The notes below the pieces were generated by a model that had not been told where the DNA came from, ran no database searches, and saw only the letters and a list, made by a program, of their open reading frames with translations. DNA of 40,280 bases from Fonticula alba ATCC 38817 (taxonomy: Eukaryota; Protista; Nucleariida): the NCBI GenBank assembly GCA_000388065.2, contig KB932202.1, one strand, 5' to 3'. The translations under genes were made by a program, and so were the position numbers. This document shows, in pieces, positions 1 through 10,439 of the stretch (its first letter is position 1; the number at the start of each line of letters is the position of its first letter).

Positions 1-238
1 CCCCCCCCCCCCTCCAGGAGCGGTCCGAGTCAGTCCCTCATGCACTCCCCCCACAAAGAGACAGATCGCCACCTTTCCCCCTTTCATGGCTGTTGCTTCT
101 TTGCCCGAGTGGCGACCCTTTCGGGACAAAACGTTTCGAGCAGCTAAAGGACACCCTCACCAGCCCGCGCAGAGAGTCACCCGCCGGGAGTACACTGCCT
201 CAAAAGGCCCATCCAGCCGGCTGGGTATCATGTCCACA

Positions 239-309
239 GCGTCGATGGTTTAGTGGTAGAATTGCCGCCTGCCACGCGGTAGACCCGGGTTCGATTCCCG
301 GTCGACGCA
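239..309 (+). tRNA. tRNA-Gly(GCC)
   Basis: Full 71-nt cloverleaf: acceptor stem GCGTCGA/TCGACGC, D-loop TAGTGGTAGA, anticodon stem GCCGC/GCGGT with loop CT-GCC-AC (anticodon 271-273), T-arm GGTTCGATTCC. No encoded CCA. Confidence 0.97.
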
Positions 310-314
310 GGCCC

Positions 315-386
315 GCTCGTTTAGCTCAGTGGTAGAGCGCCAGTCTAGTAAACTGGAGGTCGGGTGTTCGATCCACCCAATGAGCA
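315..386 (+). tRNA. tRNA-Thr(AGT)
   Basis: Acceptor stem GCTCGTT/AATGAGC, D-arm TAGCTCAGTGGTAGAGC, anticodon stem CCAGT/ACTGG with loop CT-AGT-AA (anticodon 347-349), T-loop GTTCGATCC. An A34 Thr anticodon is the eukaryotic type (edited to inosine). Confidence 0.96.
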
Positions 387-392
387 CATTGC

Positions 393-397
393 TTTTT
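393..397 (+). terminator. RNA polymerase III terminator (T5) of the tRNA pair
   Basis: TTTTT 6 nt after tRNA-Thr; there is no T-run between the two tRNAs. Confidence 0.75.
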
Positions 398-1221
398 GGC
401 CGCGCGTTCTTGCTCCCACCACCAAGAACAGCGCGGCGGGCCGCCGCCCGGACGGGGGCCTCCTCGAAGCAGTAAAAAAAAAAAAGAGACCGGCCAGGAA
501 ACGGCATCTCGCGTGCTGACACAAAAGGCGATTGCATTGTGCCGAGGTTTTTTTTCCCGGGAGTGCCACATTGTTGAGGGGAAACTGGGATTTTGGTCTT
601 CTTAACTCAATAGAACCTGCCGTCGCTTTGTGGAACCACGTGCGCCCACGAAGTCAGGAGGCTGTTCCGGGGAACCAGAAGGTCCTTGCCCTTTGCTCGG
701 CAGCTTCCCGGGCCATGTACTGGTATTAATCAAGACTCCGGGCACGAGCGGCTGGACGAAATGTCACCCGATCCCGGACAACGAGCCGCATCAAAACCGC
801 TCGTGATGTCCCCCCCGCAGCCTGACAGTTCCCTGTTCTTGTCTGCCGCCCTCCGGGGGGAGGCCCAAAGCGGGATGTAGATCTGTTTTCCCCACTATCC
901 AGAGGGGGGCTGGGCGGGCTGAACCGGGCGACCAAACACCGTCCTCCAGCCTCGGTCGATTGGCGGAGACTCGCCCACTTGCCGGCGGCCTCGCCTCGAC
1001 GATCTCTCCTCCTCGCAGACTCCCGCCCAGATGCTGCGTGAAAAGAGCGACGAGGCTGGCGGGCCCCCCATGGTCCCGATCAGCATCCCTCGCTCTCCCC
1101 TCCCAACACTCCTTTCTGTCCACCCCATCCCGCACTCCCCCGCCGTTCCTGTCCTCCCATCTAGCTTGGTGTATCTTTTGCTCCCCGGCCTCTCCCCTCT
1201 TTCCGGCTGCCACCTGCAATT

Positions 1222-1739
1222 ATGGTATCCACACTCCGCCCTTTTGGCATCTCCCCCCGTCGTCCGCTTTGGCACTCACCCATTTCCCCTGCTGTGGCCA
1301 GTCTGCGCTCTTTAACTTCAAGAGCCTCCTCACAGTGCTGCTCCTGCTCATCTGCACGTGCGCCTACATTCACGAGAAGATGCCATCCGTGCTCGACCGC
1401 AGAAAGACCGGGTACGCTCCGCTCCCGCGCCCCTATGATGCGTCCGCCCCTCCCCCCCCCCCCTGCTTTGGCCCGTCCGTCTGACCTGTGTGCATGCCCG
1501 TCACCAGCTTCCCTGGTCTCCTCTGGAAGTCCGCTCGTGTTGGTGTGTCCTGCCCCCGGCATCCCTGCTGCCCCTATTTAGTGCATAACCCCTCTCTCCC
1601 TTTCCTCCCTCTCCTCTTTGGCTGTCCTAACCCCCTCTCTCCCTCTCTCCCCTCTCCCCACCCTCCAGGTGAACGTCTCAGCCCATATGTTGCCCTTTCG
1701 TGCATCGCGATGGGCTTTGCCACCCTCTTCTGGGATTAG
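1222..1739 (+). CDS. TMEM167: Protein kish (TMEM167 family), 4 exons: 1222-1224, 1302-1411, 1508-1542, 1669-1739
   Basis: Spliced product [72 protein letters not shown] closely matches the kish consensus ([23 protein letters not shown]...RIGERKSPYVA). All introns are GT-AG and in phase; the first coding exon is only ATG. Confidence 0.95.
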
Positions 1740-1794
1740 CTGCCGCCATCCCCCTGGCCACCCCTTCTTCCCGCCACCATGCCCCCGCGACCTG

Positions 1795-3760
1795 TCAGGC
1801 CGCCTTGTACCATAGACCCCTCCAACTTCCAGCAAAAGCGTATTGGTGATTTTTCTTGTTCCCTTCCGACAGCAACACCGGGCAGCTGGGCGCCGGAGAT
1901 GTCGGTCCTGCCGGAACACTTCCCCGATCTTACCCGGACGCCAAGCCGAAAGCCAGCACCTCCAGGGCTCCTGGCAGGGGGCCCGATTGGGAAGCAATGT
2001 CCGCGGCGGACAAGTGCCAACAGGCCAGGTGGCTCCCGGCATGCGCCACCCCAAGGCCCAGGACTGATGGACCACCGGCTGCGGCTGGCGCGCCAAACCC
2101 AAGCCCACCCGTATAGGCTTCGGGCAGAGAGCTGGAATATGTATCCAAGTAGGCTTGGATCATATCTGTCGGATCGTTGGCGTGGATGTCATCAAAATAG
2201 GGGGGGGAGGGGGATCGGCGAATGTAAGTTCACGAAGAATCTTGCCCCGTCCCTGGGCGAAGGGGTGGGGAAAAAACGAGAAAGAGAAGCAGCGCGGAGG
2301 GGGGAAGGGCGGCGTGGGAGCGCACGAAGAAGGTAGCCCCGTTTGGCGCCTGAGTCCAACCAGTGCCCCAGATCCGCCAGGGTGACTCGGGCAGACTTCC
2401 GCCAGAGGACCTCAAGGGTTGGCCGGGGAAGCTCCCCCGGTGGGAAGGCCTCGGGCGAGTCGCCTGCTGCCTTGGCCGCCGTAGCTGCCGCCATCTCAAG
2501 CCGGCTGTGCGGCAAGGCCCCGACAAAAACGCAGCCCATCGGAGCCACCACAGTGGCGGCTTGATGCCAGGAGAGCGGACACACATCACTCGAGCCTGAC
2601 CTGGTGGCAGGAGCGCGGACAAATCGCGCCACAAGCTCGAAGCCCAGGCCATCGGCCCAGTCGACACAATGCCGATGCAAGGCACTCGGGGAAACCACCC
2701 GCCGGGGGGTTCCCGCCTGAGAGAGGGCCCCCTCCGCGGCCGTGGACTCCTGCTCTGATCCACTCGACACGAGAAGCAGCTGCCGGAAGCTCGCATTCGA
2801 AGGAGCAACATGAGGGGCCGGAAGATGCCCCATGTCCATCTCGGACGCCGTGAACTTGGCCACGCCGACCGGGATCAAGTTAAAATCGTGTGCCAAGAGG
2901 GCCAGCATGTGCGCTGGCAGCTTTTGAGGGTCGGGTTTCCGGACGGTCAATCGGCCCGCATTCCCAGGACCCCTCAGCGGACGGGCAAGTCGTGGGCGGG
3001 GAAAACGCACCGTGTTGGCAGGACTGACCAGGATATTGGTGGCCAGCGGCGCATACGAGGCACCAGGGCCACTGAAGCCGGTGGTAAGGGCCCACATGGC
3101 GGAGACACCAGCCTGCAGCGTCCCAGCAAGCAAGAGAGCCGAGCAACGAAGCTCATGATACCCGGGGTCGGACAGGGAATCGATGGCGTCCGGCGGGCGG
3201 GCCGCCTGGAGCCGGGCAAGCATTTGGCTTAGGGAAATGCTTTTACCTGGCCAGACAGTCAGCAGGCGGCAAACAGCCAAGCGGACCGGCGCGGACACGA
3301 CAGGGATTGGACGCACCGAAGTACAGGTGATGCAGGGCAACGGTCCTGCTCGCAGGCCCGACACCGTTGATCATCTCCAAGAAGTGTCGCAGGGGGACGA
3401 GACCTGCACAGGCGGTGAGGAAAAATCCATCTCAGTGGGGCGGGGCGGGGGGGCGGTGGGGCGGTGGGGCCACAACGAACCTGCAAGAATGTCATTGGGC
3501 TTGAAGATGTGCGTCTGGCCCTCTTCGCTGACTGAATGAACCACTCCGACCACGGCGATGAGGCCTTGCTCAACTTCGACGTCCGGCAGGTCCGGGTGAT
3601 CGGCGGGGATTGGCTGGAAATCTGGCTGACCGGTGCCCAGCAGCCCCATCAATAGGCCCAGTAGTGGCTCGGACCATGGGTGTGAGATGGGTTTGTCGGG
3701 CACTCCCCTGGCGGGGAAGACCGCCAGAGCCAGGAGCCGCAAATCAACATAGGACATCAT
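1795..3760 (-). CDS. Divergent RNase P/MRP subunit p40 (RPP40)-like protein, 6 exons: 3760-3481, 3403-3317, 3246-3011, 2920-2326, 2165-1934, 1885-1795
   Basis: An in-phase GT-AG model gives one long ORF. Several blocks fall in the same order as human RPP40, compared by eye: LYFGKSISLSQML ~ YYFVKNLPLHELI; WALTTG..NILVSPANTLP ~ YALTYN..NTVALLPNGKL; DLGHWLDS ~ ELFDWLGA; YLDTYSS ~ FISTYCC; VLAFGLASGCPV..GNKKNHQYAF..GLW ~ VQGFADSPV..GGEHLYNF..DYW. A gene here is likely; the family call is tentative and the last intron (48 nt) is short. Confidence 0.45.
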
Positions 3761-3774
3761 GCGATGTGTGTCGA

Positions 3775-3775
3775 T

Positions 3776-3816
<41 letters not shown>

Positions 3817-4079
3817 TGTGTGCTGGCGAGAGGGAGGGGGGCCAGGAAGAGAAAGGGATGAAAAAACAGGGGGAGAGAGAGGGAGAGAAGGAAAGAGATG
3901 GGGGGAGGGCGTGTGGAGTGAATAACACTCGGCAAGGAGCAACAATCAGGGGAGAGCATGCGTGGGCGCGGGAGGGAAGCTGCCCGCCCAGCCGGCTGCC
4001 ACATCAGTCTGCCAGATTGGTCGGCAAACACACACACACACACACACACATACACGCGCACACACACGCGCGCATGCAC

Positions 4080-4113
<34 letters not shown>
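3775..4113. repeat. (TG)n and (CA)n microsatellites upstream of the RPP40-like gene
   Basis: TG run at ~3775-3822 and CA runs at ~4029-4113, read directly. Confidence 0.9.
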
Positions 4114-4115
<2 letters not shown>

Positions 4116-4335
4116 GGGCGTCTTTCATCTGTATTCTTCCCGAACCCCAGTGTCCGCACCAACAAGACACAGGATCGAACGGCGGACGATGCCCCGACAG
4201 GGCGGCATCGGGGCGAGGCGGCCGCGCGTGAGACCACACCCGCCAAGAGCAGGGGCCCGACGCGGGCCCTCTAGTTAAAAGGGACGGCGCTCCGATCCGA
4301 GGAATCGCCGATCACCATACGTTGGCAGCTGGGCC

Positions 4336-4476
4336 CTAGTCGCACTCGCTGATCAGCGTCCGGCAGCCATAACAGAGGCGCTCGGTGGTGGCGATCTCCG
4401 CCAGCGCCCCAATCGGACTGCGCGTACCAACTGTGGGCTGGATGTCCGCCTCCGGGACGGGCCTGGACATTTGGAC

Positions 4477-4519
<43 letters not shown>

Positions 4520-6533
4520 CAAGAGAGAGGGGGAGAGATAGGCACAAGACGCGTGGCAAGGAAGAGCGTGCACAGGGGCATCGGCTGAACAAGGGCAAGA
4601 ATAACAACGGAAGGAGGACGAGCACATACGCCAGGCAAAGAAGACACGGCTTCATCGGCCCGGCAGCCGGATCAAAGTGCTCGGCATCCGTGGTGACCTT
4701 CAAGGCAGTCGCTGTGACTGTGCTCACGGTCGACGGGAACTCCTGCTGGAGCCGGGCGATGAAGGCTTCAGATATTTACGCTTCAGTTAGGAACACCTAC
4801 CCCGGGTGAAGGACCGGGCTTGTCGATCTAGCAGGACGCACCGTTTGAGAGGCCAATCAGACTGGAGTTCCCCTGGCCTGGGATGTAGGGCGCCGGGCAC
4901 ATGCCCAACGGCAAGCTCGCCGGCAGGGAGGGTATCCCCCGAAGCTGGCTGTAAATACAAGCCTCCTTGGTGGAGACGTCCCTCAAGGGCCGGGTCACGA
5001 GGAAATCTGGTGACAGAATGTGAGAGGGTGCTGAGGGGAAAGAGAGAGAGAGAGAGGGGGGGGGGGGAGGGGGCGCGGGAAGGCAGGAGGGGATGTTCAT
5101 GGGCAAACAAAAGGGGAAACGCCCGCATTACGCACCAGTCTCCCGCCAGTCGTCAGCGCCAGCCTCCACTGGCAGCATAAAGCCACGGCCCAGGGCGCAA
5201 AGAGACAAGGTCTTTGAGGCCAGGGTGGTCTTGGTGTCGCCGGAAAAGAGGAGATTGCAACCGAACGCACGCGACAGACGTCGGAGCAACAGCCACCGGA
5301 GCTGCTCGCGAAGATCATCTCGAGCCGAGACGCTCCCGCAGGCGGCAAATGCCTCGCGAAGCTGCGCACGCAGAGAGCCCAGTCGTCCCAGGGGACCCGG
5401 GGAAGCATCCACAGCGCTGGGGCCGTCCCCTGTCCGAGGCCCATCCAACGCCGGGGCCAGAGCCTCCAAGGCACGGACACTCATGCGCGGCTGGTGGCTG
5501 CGCCGCGAGGAAGCCGGGTGCGTGGGAATCGCTCCATCTTCCGAAGTGGCATACCACTGCTGGAGGGTGGCCGCTTGACTGAAGGCCACCAGGTCTGCCT
5601 CGCAAGGGAGTTCGCGATCAAGGACCAACTCGAGCGGTGCACAAACGAAGACCGCGTGTGACTGAAAGCGCGCAACATGCTCGGCCAGGCCCACGGCAAA
5701 GGGGCCATACGCGGCGGCGGGCTGGTGCCCCTCCCGTGGTTAGGACTTGATCCCCACATTGCCAGCAGGGGGATTCCCATTCACGTACCGTGCCCAAGTA
5801 GGAGGCATGCTCATCGATGTGCAACACAAGACAGCGCGTCGGGGGCCGCACCGCCCGGCGAGGGTCATTTCCGCCGTCACCACCGAGGAGCCCAATCGGA
5901 CAGTCATCCGGGCTCACGGTGGCCAGGGCTCCAGTCGAGTCGGTCGGCCGCCGACGAAGGGCAACCAGCGACTGGTCCAAAAGCATGTCCAGGAGAACCC
6001 TATCAATCGAGGGGAGGGAGGGGAGGGTGAGTGTGCCGCAAAAAGGGGACACACATGCAGGCCCAGCAGGAGGGGCGAACAACGCACGTCGACCCAAACC
6101 CACCGGAATAGGCCACGGCAAAGCGCCGAAGTGAGGGAAGACGGAGATGAGCCGGGGCGGCAGTCCGCGGGGGAAGGCGGCCGCCTCGAGTGCCACCTTC
6201 GAAGGGCCGCGAACTGCCGATGGCCACGCGGAACTTCAGGCAGACCTGGAAAATGAAACACTCGCTGTGCTCCGAGGAGGAGCGGTTAGCAACAGGTCCA
6301 AAGGACATCGGGGCCGATGGAAAAAACGGACGCACGCGCAGAAGGACTCCTGGACGCGAAATTGAACAGGCCTCACCTTGCATCGGCCACAGATCGGGAG
6401 CTGTGCCTGCGTTGCGACACCCACATGGGTGTCTGGGGCGAGATGTTAGACTCAGGGCTGGCCATTCGATCGGAACACGGGCCAGGAGTTGAAACGAACC
6501 GAGCGTCATTAGCTCCTCAGGCCGCGAACACAT
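4336..6533 (-). CDS. CTU2: Cytoplasmic tRNA 2-thiolation protein 2 (Ncs2/CTU2), 8 exons
   Basis: Spliced product has N-terminal CGRC..FCAECF..KFR, AVAYSGGFGST, LVLHIDE, LFSGDTKTTLASKTLSLCALGRGFMLP, VTRPLRDVSTKE, AFIARLQQEFPSTVSTV, CLLC and C-terminal LCYGCR. All are CTU2 hallmarks, and all 7 introns are in phase. Confidence 0.92.
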
Positions 6534-7133
6534 GGCGCGGTGGGTGGAAAGGGCAAAAAAAGGGGGCGGCGACCGGGAGGAAGATGACACGGGAGATGAA
6601 AGGGAGAATGGACGTCTGCGTGAAAGGAGGCAGGGAAGAGAGGACAGAGAGAGAGAGAGAGAGGGAGGGGGGAGGGGAGGGGCACACGGAGTTCTATTGT
6701 TAAAGGCCCCAAACCGAGGCGCCACTTCCTAGGCACCCTTAGGAGCTGCGGGGAGACATCGCCCCCATTCCCACTCCTCCGGGAGGCGTCCCTGCCCTCT
6801 CCCTCCCGGGTGTCGCGGGAGATCGGCCCGGGAGGACTCTTCCGCGCGTGCGGGTATGCCAAGATCGGGTCACGGGTTTTGGACACCCATTCTGATAGTG
6901 ATCTTGTTTGGTAGCACCCCGATGTGAGAACGTCAGCTGGTGATCCATTGCAGCTGGGAGAGTCTCCCCGCACACCAGGCCACCTCTCCTCCTCCCCATC
7001 TCCGCCGGCAATTCCACTGCTTTCCAAAGCGCCTTCATACACACACACACACACACAAGATGCATTCGACATCATTCCTCACGTCTGGAAACATGATCGT
7101 CGATTGTGGCCGGCCACATTCCAAGTTTTCGCG

Positions 7134-7137
<4 letters not shown>

Positions 7138-7188
<51 letters not shown>

Positions 7189-7220
7189 AGAGAGAGCGAG
7201 AGCGAGAGCGAGAGCGAGAG
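7138..7220 (+). repeat. Compound microsatellite (GA)n-(GAGAAA)n-(GAGAGC)n
   Basis: Direct reading; lies between COX7A and CTU2. Confidence 0.9.
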
Positions 7221-7548
7221 GAGGAGGCCCAGAAGGAGGAATAGTAGGAGGAAGAATATTTTGGGGTGTATTATGCGCACGCATGCAGCGAGAGAAATGC
7301 GCAACAAGGGGACAATCCCACCGCCAGGAGAGGAAATGGCAACCCAAAGATGTTGTGCGACGCTGCATCATCTCGAAGAGAGAGAGAGAGAGAGAAAGAG
7401 GGAGCATGCTCATATACACATGTGCACGCTCGGGTCCTCAGACACATATATACACACGACGCGCGCGCGCGGGGCACGCGCGTCGCGAGGGCGCGCAGGT
7501 GGCGGAATGTGAGCGGGGAGAGGAGATGTGGCAAAAAGCGGAGAGCAT

Positions 7549-8128
7549 TTAGTGACGCTCGATGCGGCCGACACCGTGGGCCATGCTGCGACAGGGAGAG
7601 AGAGAGAGAGAGGGGAGGGAAGTCAGCAAGGCACGTCTCGAACGGGCACACAAGCCAAGCGGCCACACGCCAACCGGAGGAGCGATAAGATGAAAGAAGA
7701 AGCAGGGAAGGAGGAGAGCGCGTGACAGAGGGGGACACAGGGAGAATGGAAGGGGGACGTACTTCCACATGTTGTAGTAGGTGTAGGCCAGGGAAACGGG
7801 CAGGACAACAGCGATCAGGCGGTAGCGGAACTTGTCACCGGCGGTCTTCAGGAAGACGGGGCCGGGGAGGGTCTGTGTGCGCGGGTCGGCACAAGAAGAA
7901 GCGGCAGACATCGGGGGAGGGTGAGTTTCACACAGCCGGGAAGAGGAGGGACGTCGAGGAGGAGAAAAGCACGCGTGCGTGCGTGCGTGTGTGTGTGTGT
8001 GTGTGCATGCGCTAGTAGGTGCGTTGGAAAGAGCAGGGAACGGCTGAACATACGGCGAAGCGGCGCTGCTGGGCCTGGACGTCGACGACGGGGCACAGGA
8101 TGTTCTTGAGCCAGAGGGGGATGTACAT
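7549..8128 (-). CDS. COX7A: Cytochrome c oxidase subunit VIIa-family protein, 73 aa, 3 exons: 8128-8054, 7872-7763, 7585-7549
   Basis: MYIPLWLKNILCPVVDVQAQQRRFATLPGPVFLKTAGDKFRYRLIAVVLPVSLAYTYYNMWNMAHGVGRIERH. The Q..F...PVxLK..D..YR motif followed by one TM helix matches COX7a, and the C-terminus NMAHGVG resembles plant COX7a-type NMSHGIG. Confidence 0.75.
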
Positions 8129-8384
8129 GGTGACGCTTTGGAGGGTATAGAGAGAGATGAGGAGTCAGAGGGGGAGAGAGAGAGAGAGGGGGGAGGAAGG
8201 GTGAGGGAAAAAAAGCAAGGCACAGGCTCTGTGCCATGTCGCCAGACGCGCGGGCCGATGTCAACACGACATGCCGAGGCCACCCTGGTCGGCACACGCC
8301 CGAGAGAGGCTGCGCCGCATTTGGGAACCATCGGGGAGCCTGGTGCGATGAGCCAGGAGGACAGGGGGCGCGCGCGCCCAGCAG

Positions 8385-8429
<45 letters not shown>

Positions 8430-9642
8430 GAGGGGAGGAGAGAAGCGGAGAGGTACGTTTGGGAGGAAGGAAAGAGCGAAGCAGGAAGGGTGATTCAACT
8501 GTCCTTTGGCCGGCGGCGCGCCTCGAGCGGCGACCGACGCCCAGTATGGTCCCACTTCGGCCAGTCGTCCCGCCCTCCGCAACCGCAGAGCGGGGGAGGG
8601 GCCCGGTCCCGGAACCATGTCCCGACAAGCTATCCCCTCCCCGGCAGCAGGCACTCGGGCAAAATACACCAGAGCGTGTCCCTGGGTAGGGACGGACCCG
8701 GCACGGGCCGGGAACCGAGAGAACGTGCTTCGCTGTTTGCGATGTCAGATGCCCCACTTCCCGGAGACGGCCTCTACTCCGAGGCCGAAGCCGGCGAAGC
8801 GTAAGCTGGGTTGGGCGCCCCCCTTCTTCCCGTCTCCTCTCTTCCCCCCCCCCCCCCGCCCTTCGGGATGCCGGCTGGCCAGGAACAGGGTCAGCTGCCA
8901 GCTTACGGCGGGGGAGGGGGGGGGGGGGGGTTCGGGCGGGACTGTCCTCGCGTCTCGGAAGACGGCGAGGTGGCCCCCTGGCGCATGCACCCTCGCACCT
9001 GGCGTTGATTACTCCGCACCAACGCCTGACAATGAGTCAGAAAGCTCTAAACCCATCCAAATGACATTCTTTGTATCACATGGATGTCTCTTTAGGTTTG
9101 TCGGCCCGGCGCCAGTCGGACACTGTGGCCAACCACCGAGGCCCGGCCCGCGCCAGCTCCGTTCAGGCCCCCTGTTGTTCGGGGAGAGGCGGGCGGGCTT
9201 AGACAACACTCGCCCCGAGCCGATGGCTGTCGGCGTGATTCCGCACAAGTCACGGGCCGTATGTCGCGCTGCCCTGCCCCCGGAGAAACTCCGGCCATCT
9301 TCCCTCCTTTTGGCCCGCCCCCCCCCCTCAGGTGGGGAGAGTGGCTCGGGCGTTGTTGGAACCACGGAGAGACGCCTTTTTTTTTTCCCCCTCACGCGTG
9401 CCCCGCATGCTGTGGCCATGCCTCCGCCGTCGTGTGTTCTCCTTTTTCCGCCGCCGCTGCGCCCGCCCGGGGGGCTGTCAGGCGCGCGCCCCGTTCCCGA
9501 CATCACTCCTCCTCTCCCTGTTTCCTCCTCCCTCGCTGCCCTCCTTTACATCACCCGACCCACTTCCCTCTCCCATCTGTGGTGAACCCTCTGGCTGCCC
9601 GCCCACACCTCCTCTCCTCTCCTCCTCCGGGCCGCCGCTAAA

Positions 9643-9644
<2 letters not shown>

Positions 9645-9695
<51 letters not shown>
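9645..9695 (+). repeat. Poly-C homopolymer of ~51 nt
   Basis: Direct reading; the length may be unreliable in the assembly. Confidence 0.85.
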
Positions 9696-9696
<1 letters not shown>

Positions 9697-10377
9697 CTCT
9701 CCCGTTGGCGTGCACGCCCGGCATACCAATGCCGGCTCTCCGGCTTCCCGGGCTCTGGCGGACGCCTGCCCGCCCTGTGGGCGCTCGCCGCGCGCATACA
9801 CACACACAGGCACCAAGACACGCCCCGGTTATGAACACCCGGGAGCATGTCCACCCCCCCCCCCCCCCCTGCACACTCACACACACACGAACGGTGGGCG
9901 GGGGAGGAGAGGGCCAAGATCAGAGATTCCCAGGCCAACGACGCCATCAGCCCGGACGGCCAACTTCCCCCGGAGCCCCCGGCCGAAAAAAACAGCCTGT
10001 CCTGGCGGCTCTCCCCGGCTCGGGGTTGCCCCTTCGGCCTAGTTCAGCCGCCTGCCCGCGCCCCCCCCCCCCCCGCAGTTGGACACCGGAGATGGTCAAT
10101 CGGCGGAGGCAGATTGTACAATCGCGATCGGCTTGGTCACGTGGGGGATCATGCGCCGCTCGGCCGTGATGCGGCACGCCTCATCGCACCCCACTTTCCT
10201 CCGGCCCGCCTCCCTGTTCCAGTCCGCTGCTCTTGCTGCCTGTGCCCCTGCACGAATGGGTCCTATATTATGCACCGCCGCCATCATCGGCGGCATGGAG
10301 TTCTATGTAAAAGTGAATCTCGGAAAAGTATTGAGGAAGGATGCCTGCCCGCGTGTCTGTGTGTGTGTGTGTGTGTG

Positions 10378-10417
10378 NNNNNNNNNNNNNNNNNNNNNNN
10401 NNNNNNNNNNNNNNNNN
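10378..10417. other. Assembly gap of 40 N (other gaps: 14442-14451, 15466-15501, 18772-18941)
   Basis: N runs, each next to a simple repeat or homopolymer. Confidence 0.99.
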
Positions 10418-10439
10418 CCCCGCCCCTCCCATCGTCACC

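Noticed and set aside
239-386. Bacterial origin of the Gly-Thr tandem (similar to glyT-thrT in the tufB operon)
   Set aside because: The AGT Thr anticodon, absence of encoded CCA, and Pol III T-run are all eukaryotic features.
239-485. tRNA-derived SINE (tRNA head, body, poly-A tail)
   Set aside because: Both tRNAs are intact, a T5 terminator precedes the body, and no target-site duplication is visible.
486-1000. RNase P/MRP RNA or U2 snRNA (fragments GAAGGTC, GAGTGCCAC, TGTAGATCTGTT)
   Set aside because: Only short isolated matches, in the wrong order or without the flanking conserved regions.
1736-1739. Overlapping stop codons of kish and the RPP40-like gene
   Set aside because: This needs an AAG acceptor at 1863. 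The CAG acceptor at 1886 gives a better RPP40-like C-terminus ending at 1795.
6940-7552. ORFs with poly-ER, poly-HT, poly-CV or poly-SL tracts here and elsewhere in the ORF track
   Set aside because: These are translations of (GA)n and (CA)n microsatellites in introns or intergenic DNA.
9004-9095. C/D snoRNA or telomerase-template-like sequence in the AT-rich island
   Set aside because: C boxes are degenerate, the putative guides are not perfectly complementary to rRNA I can recall, and CTAAACCC alone is too short.
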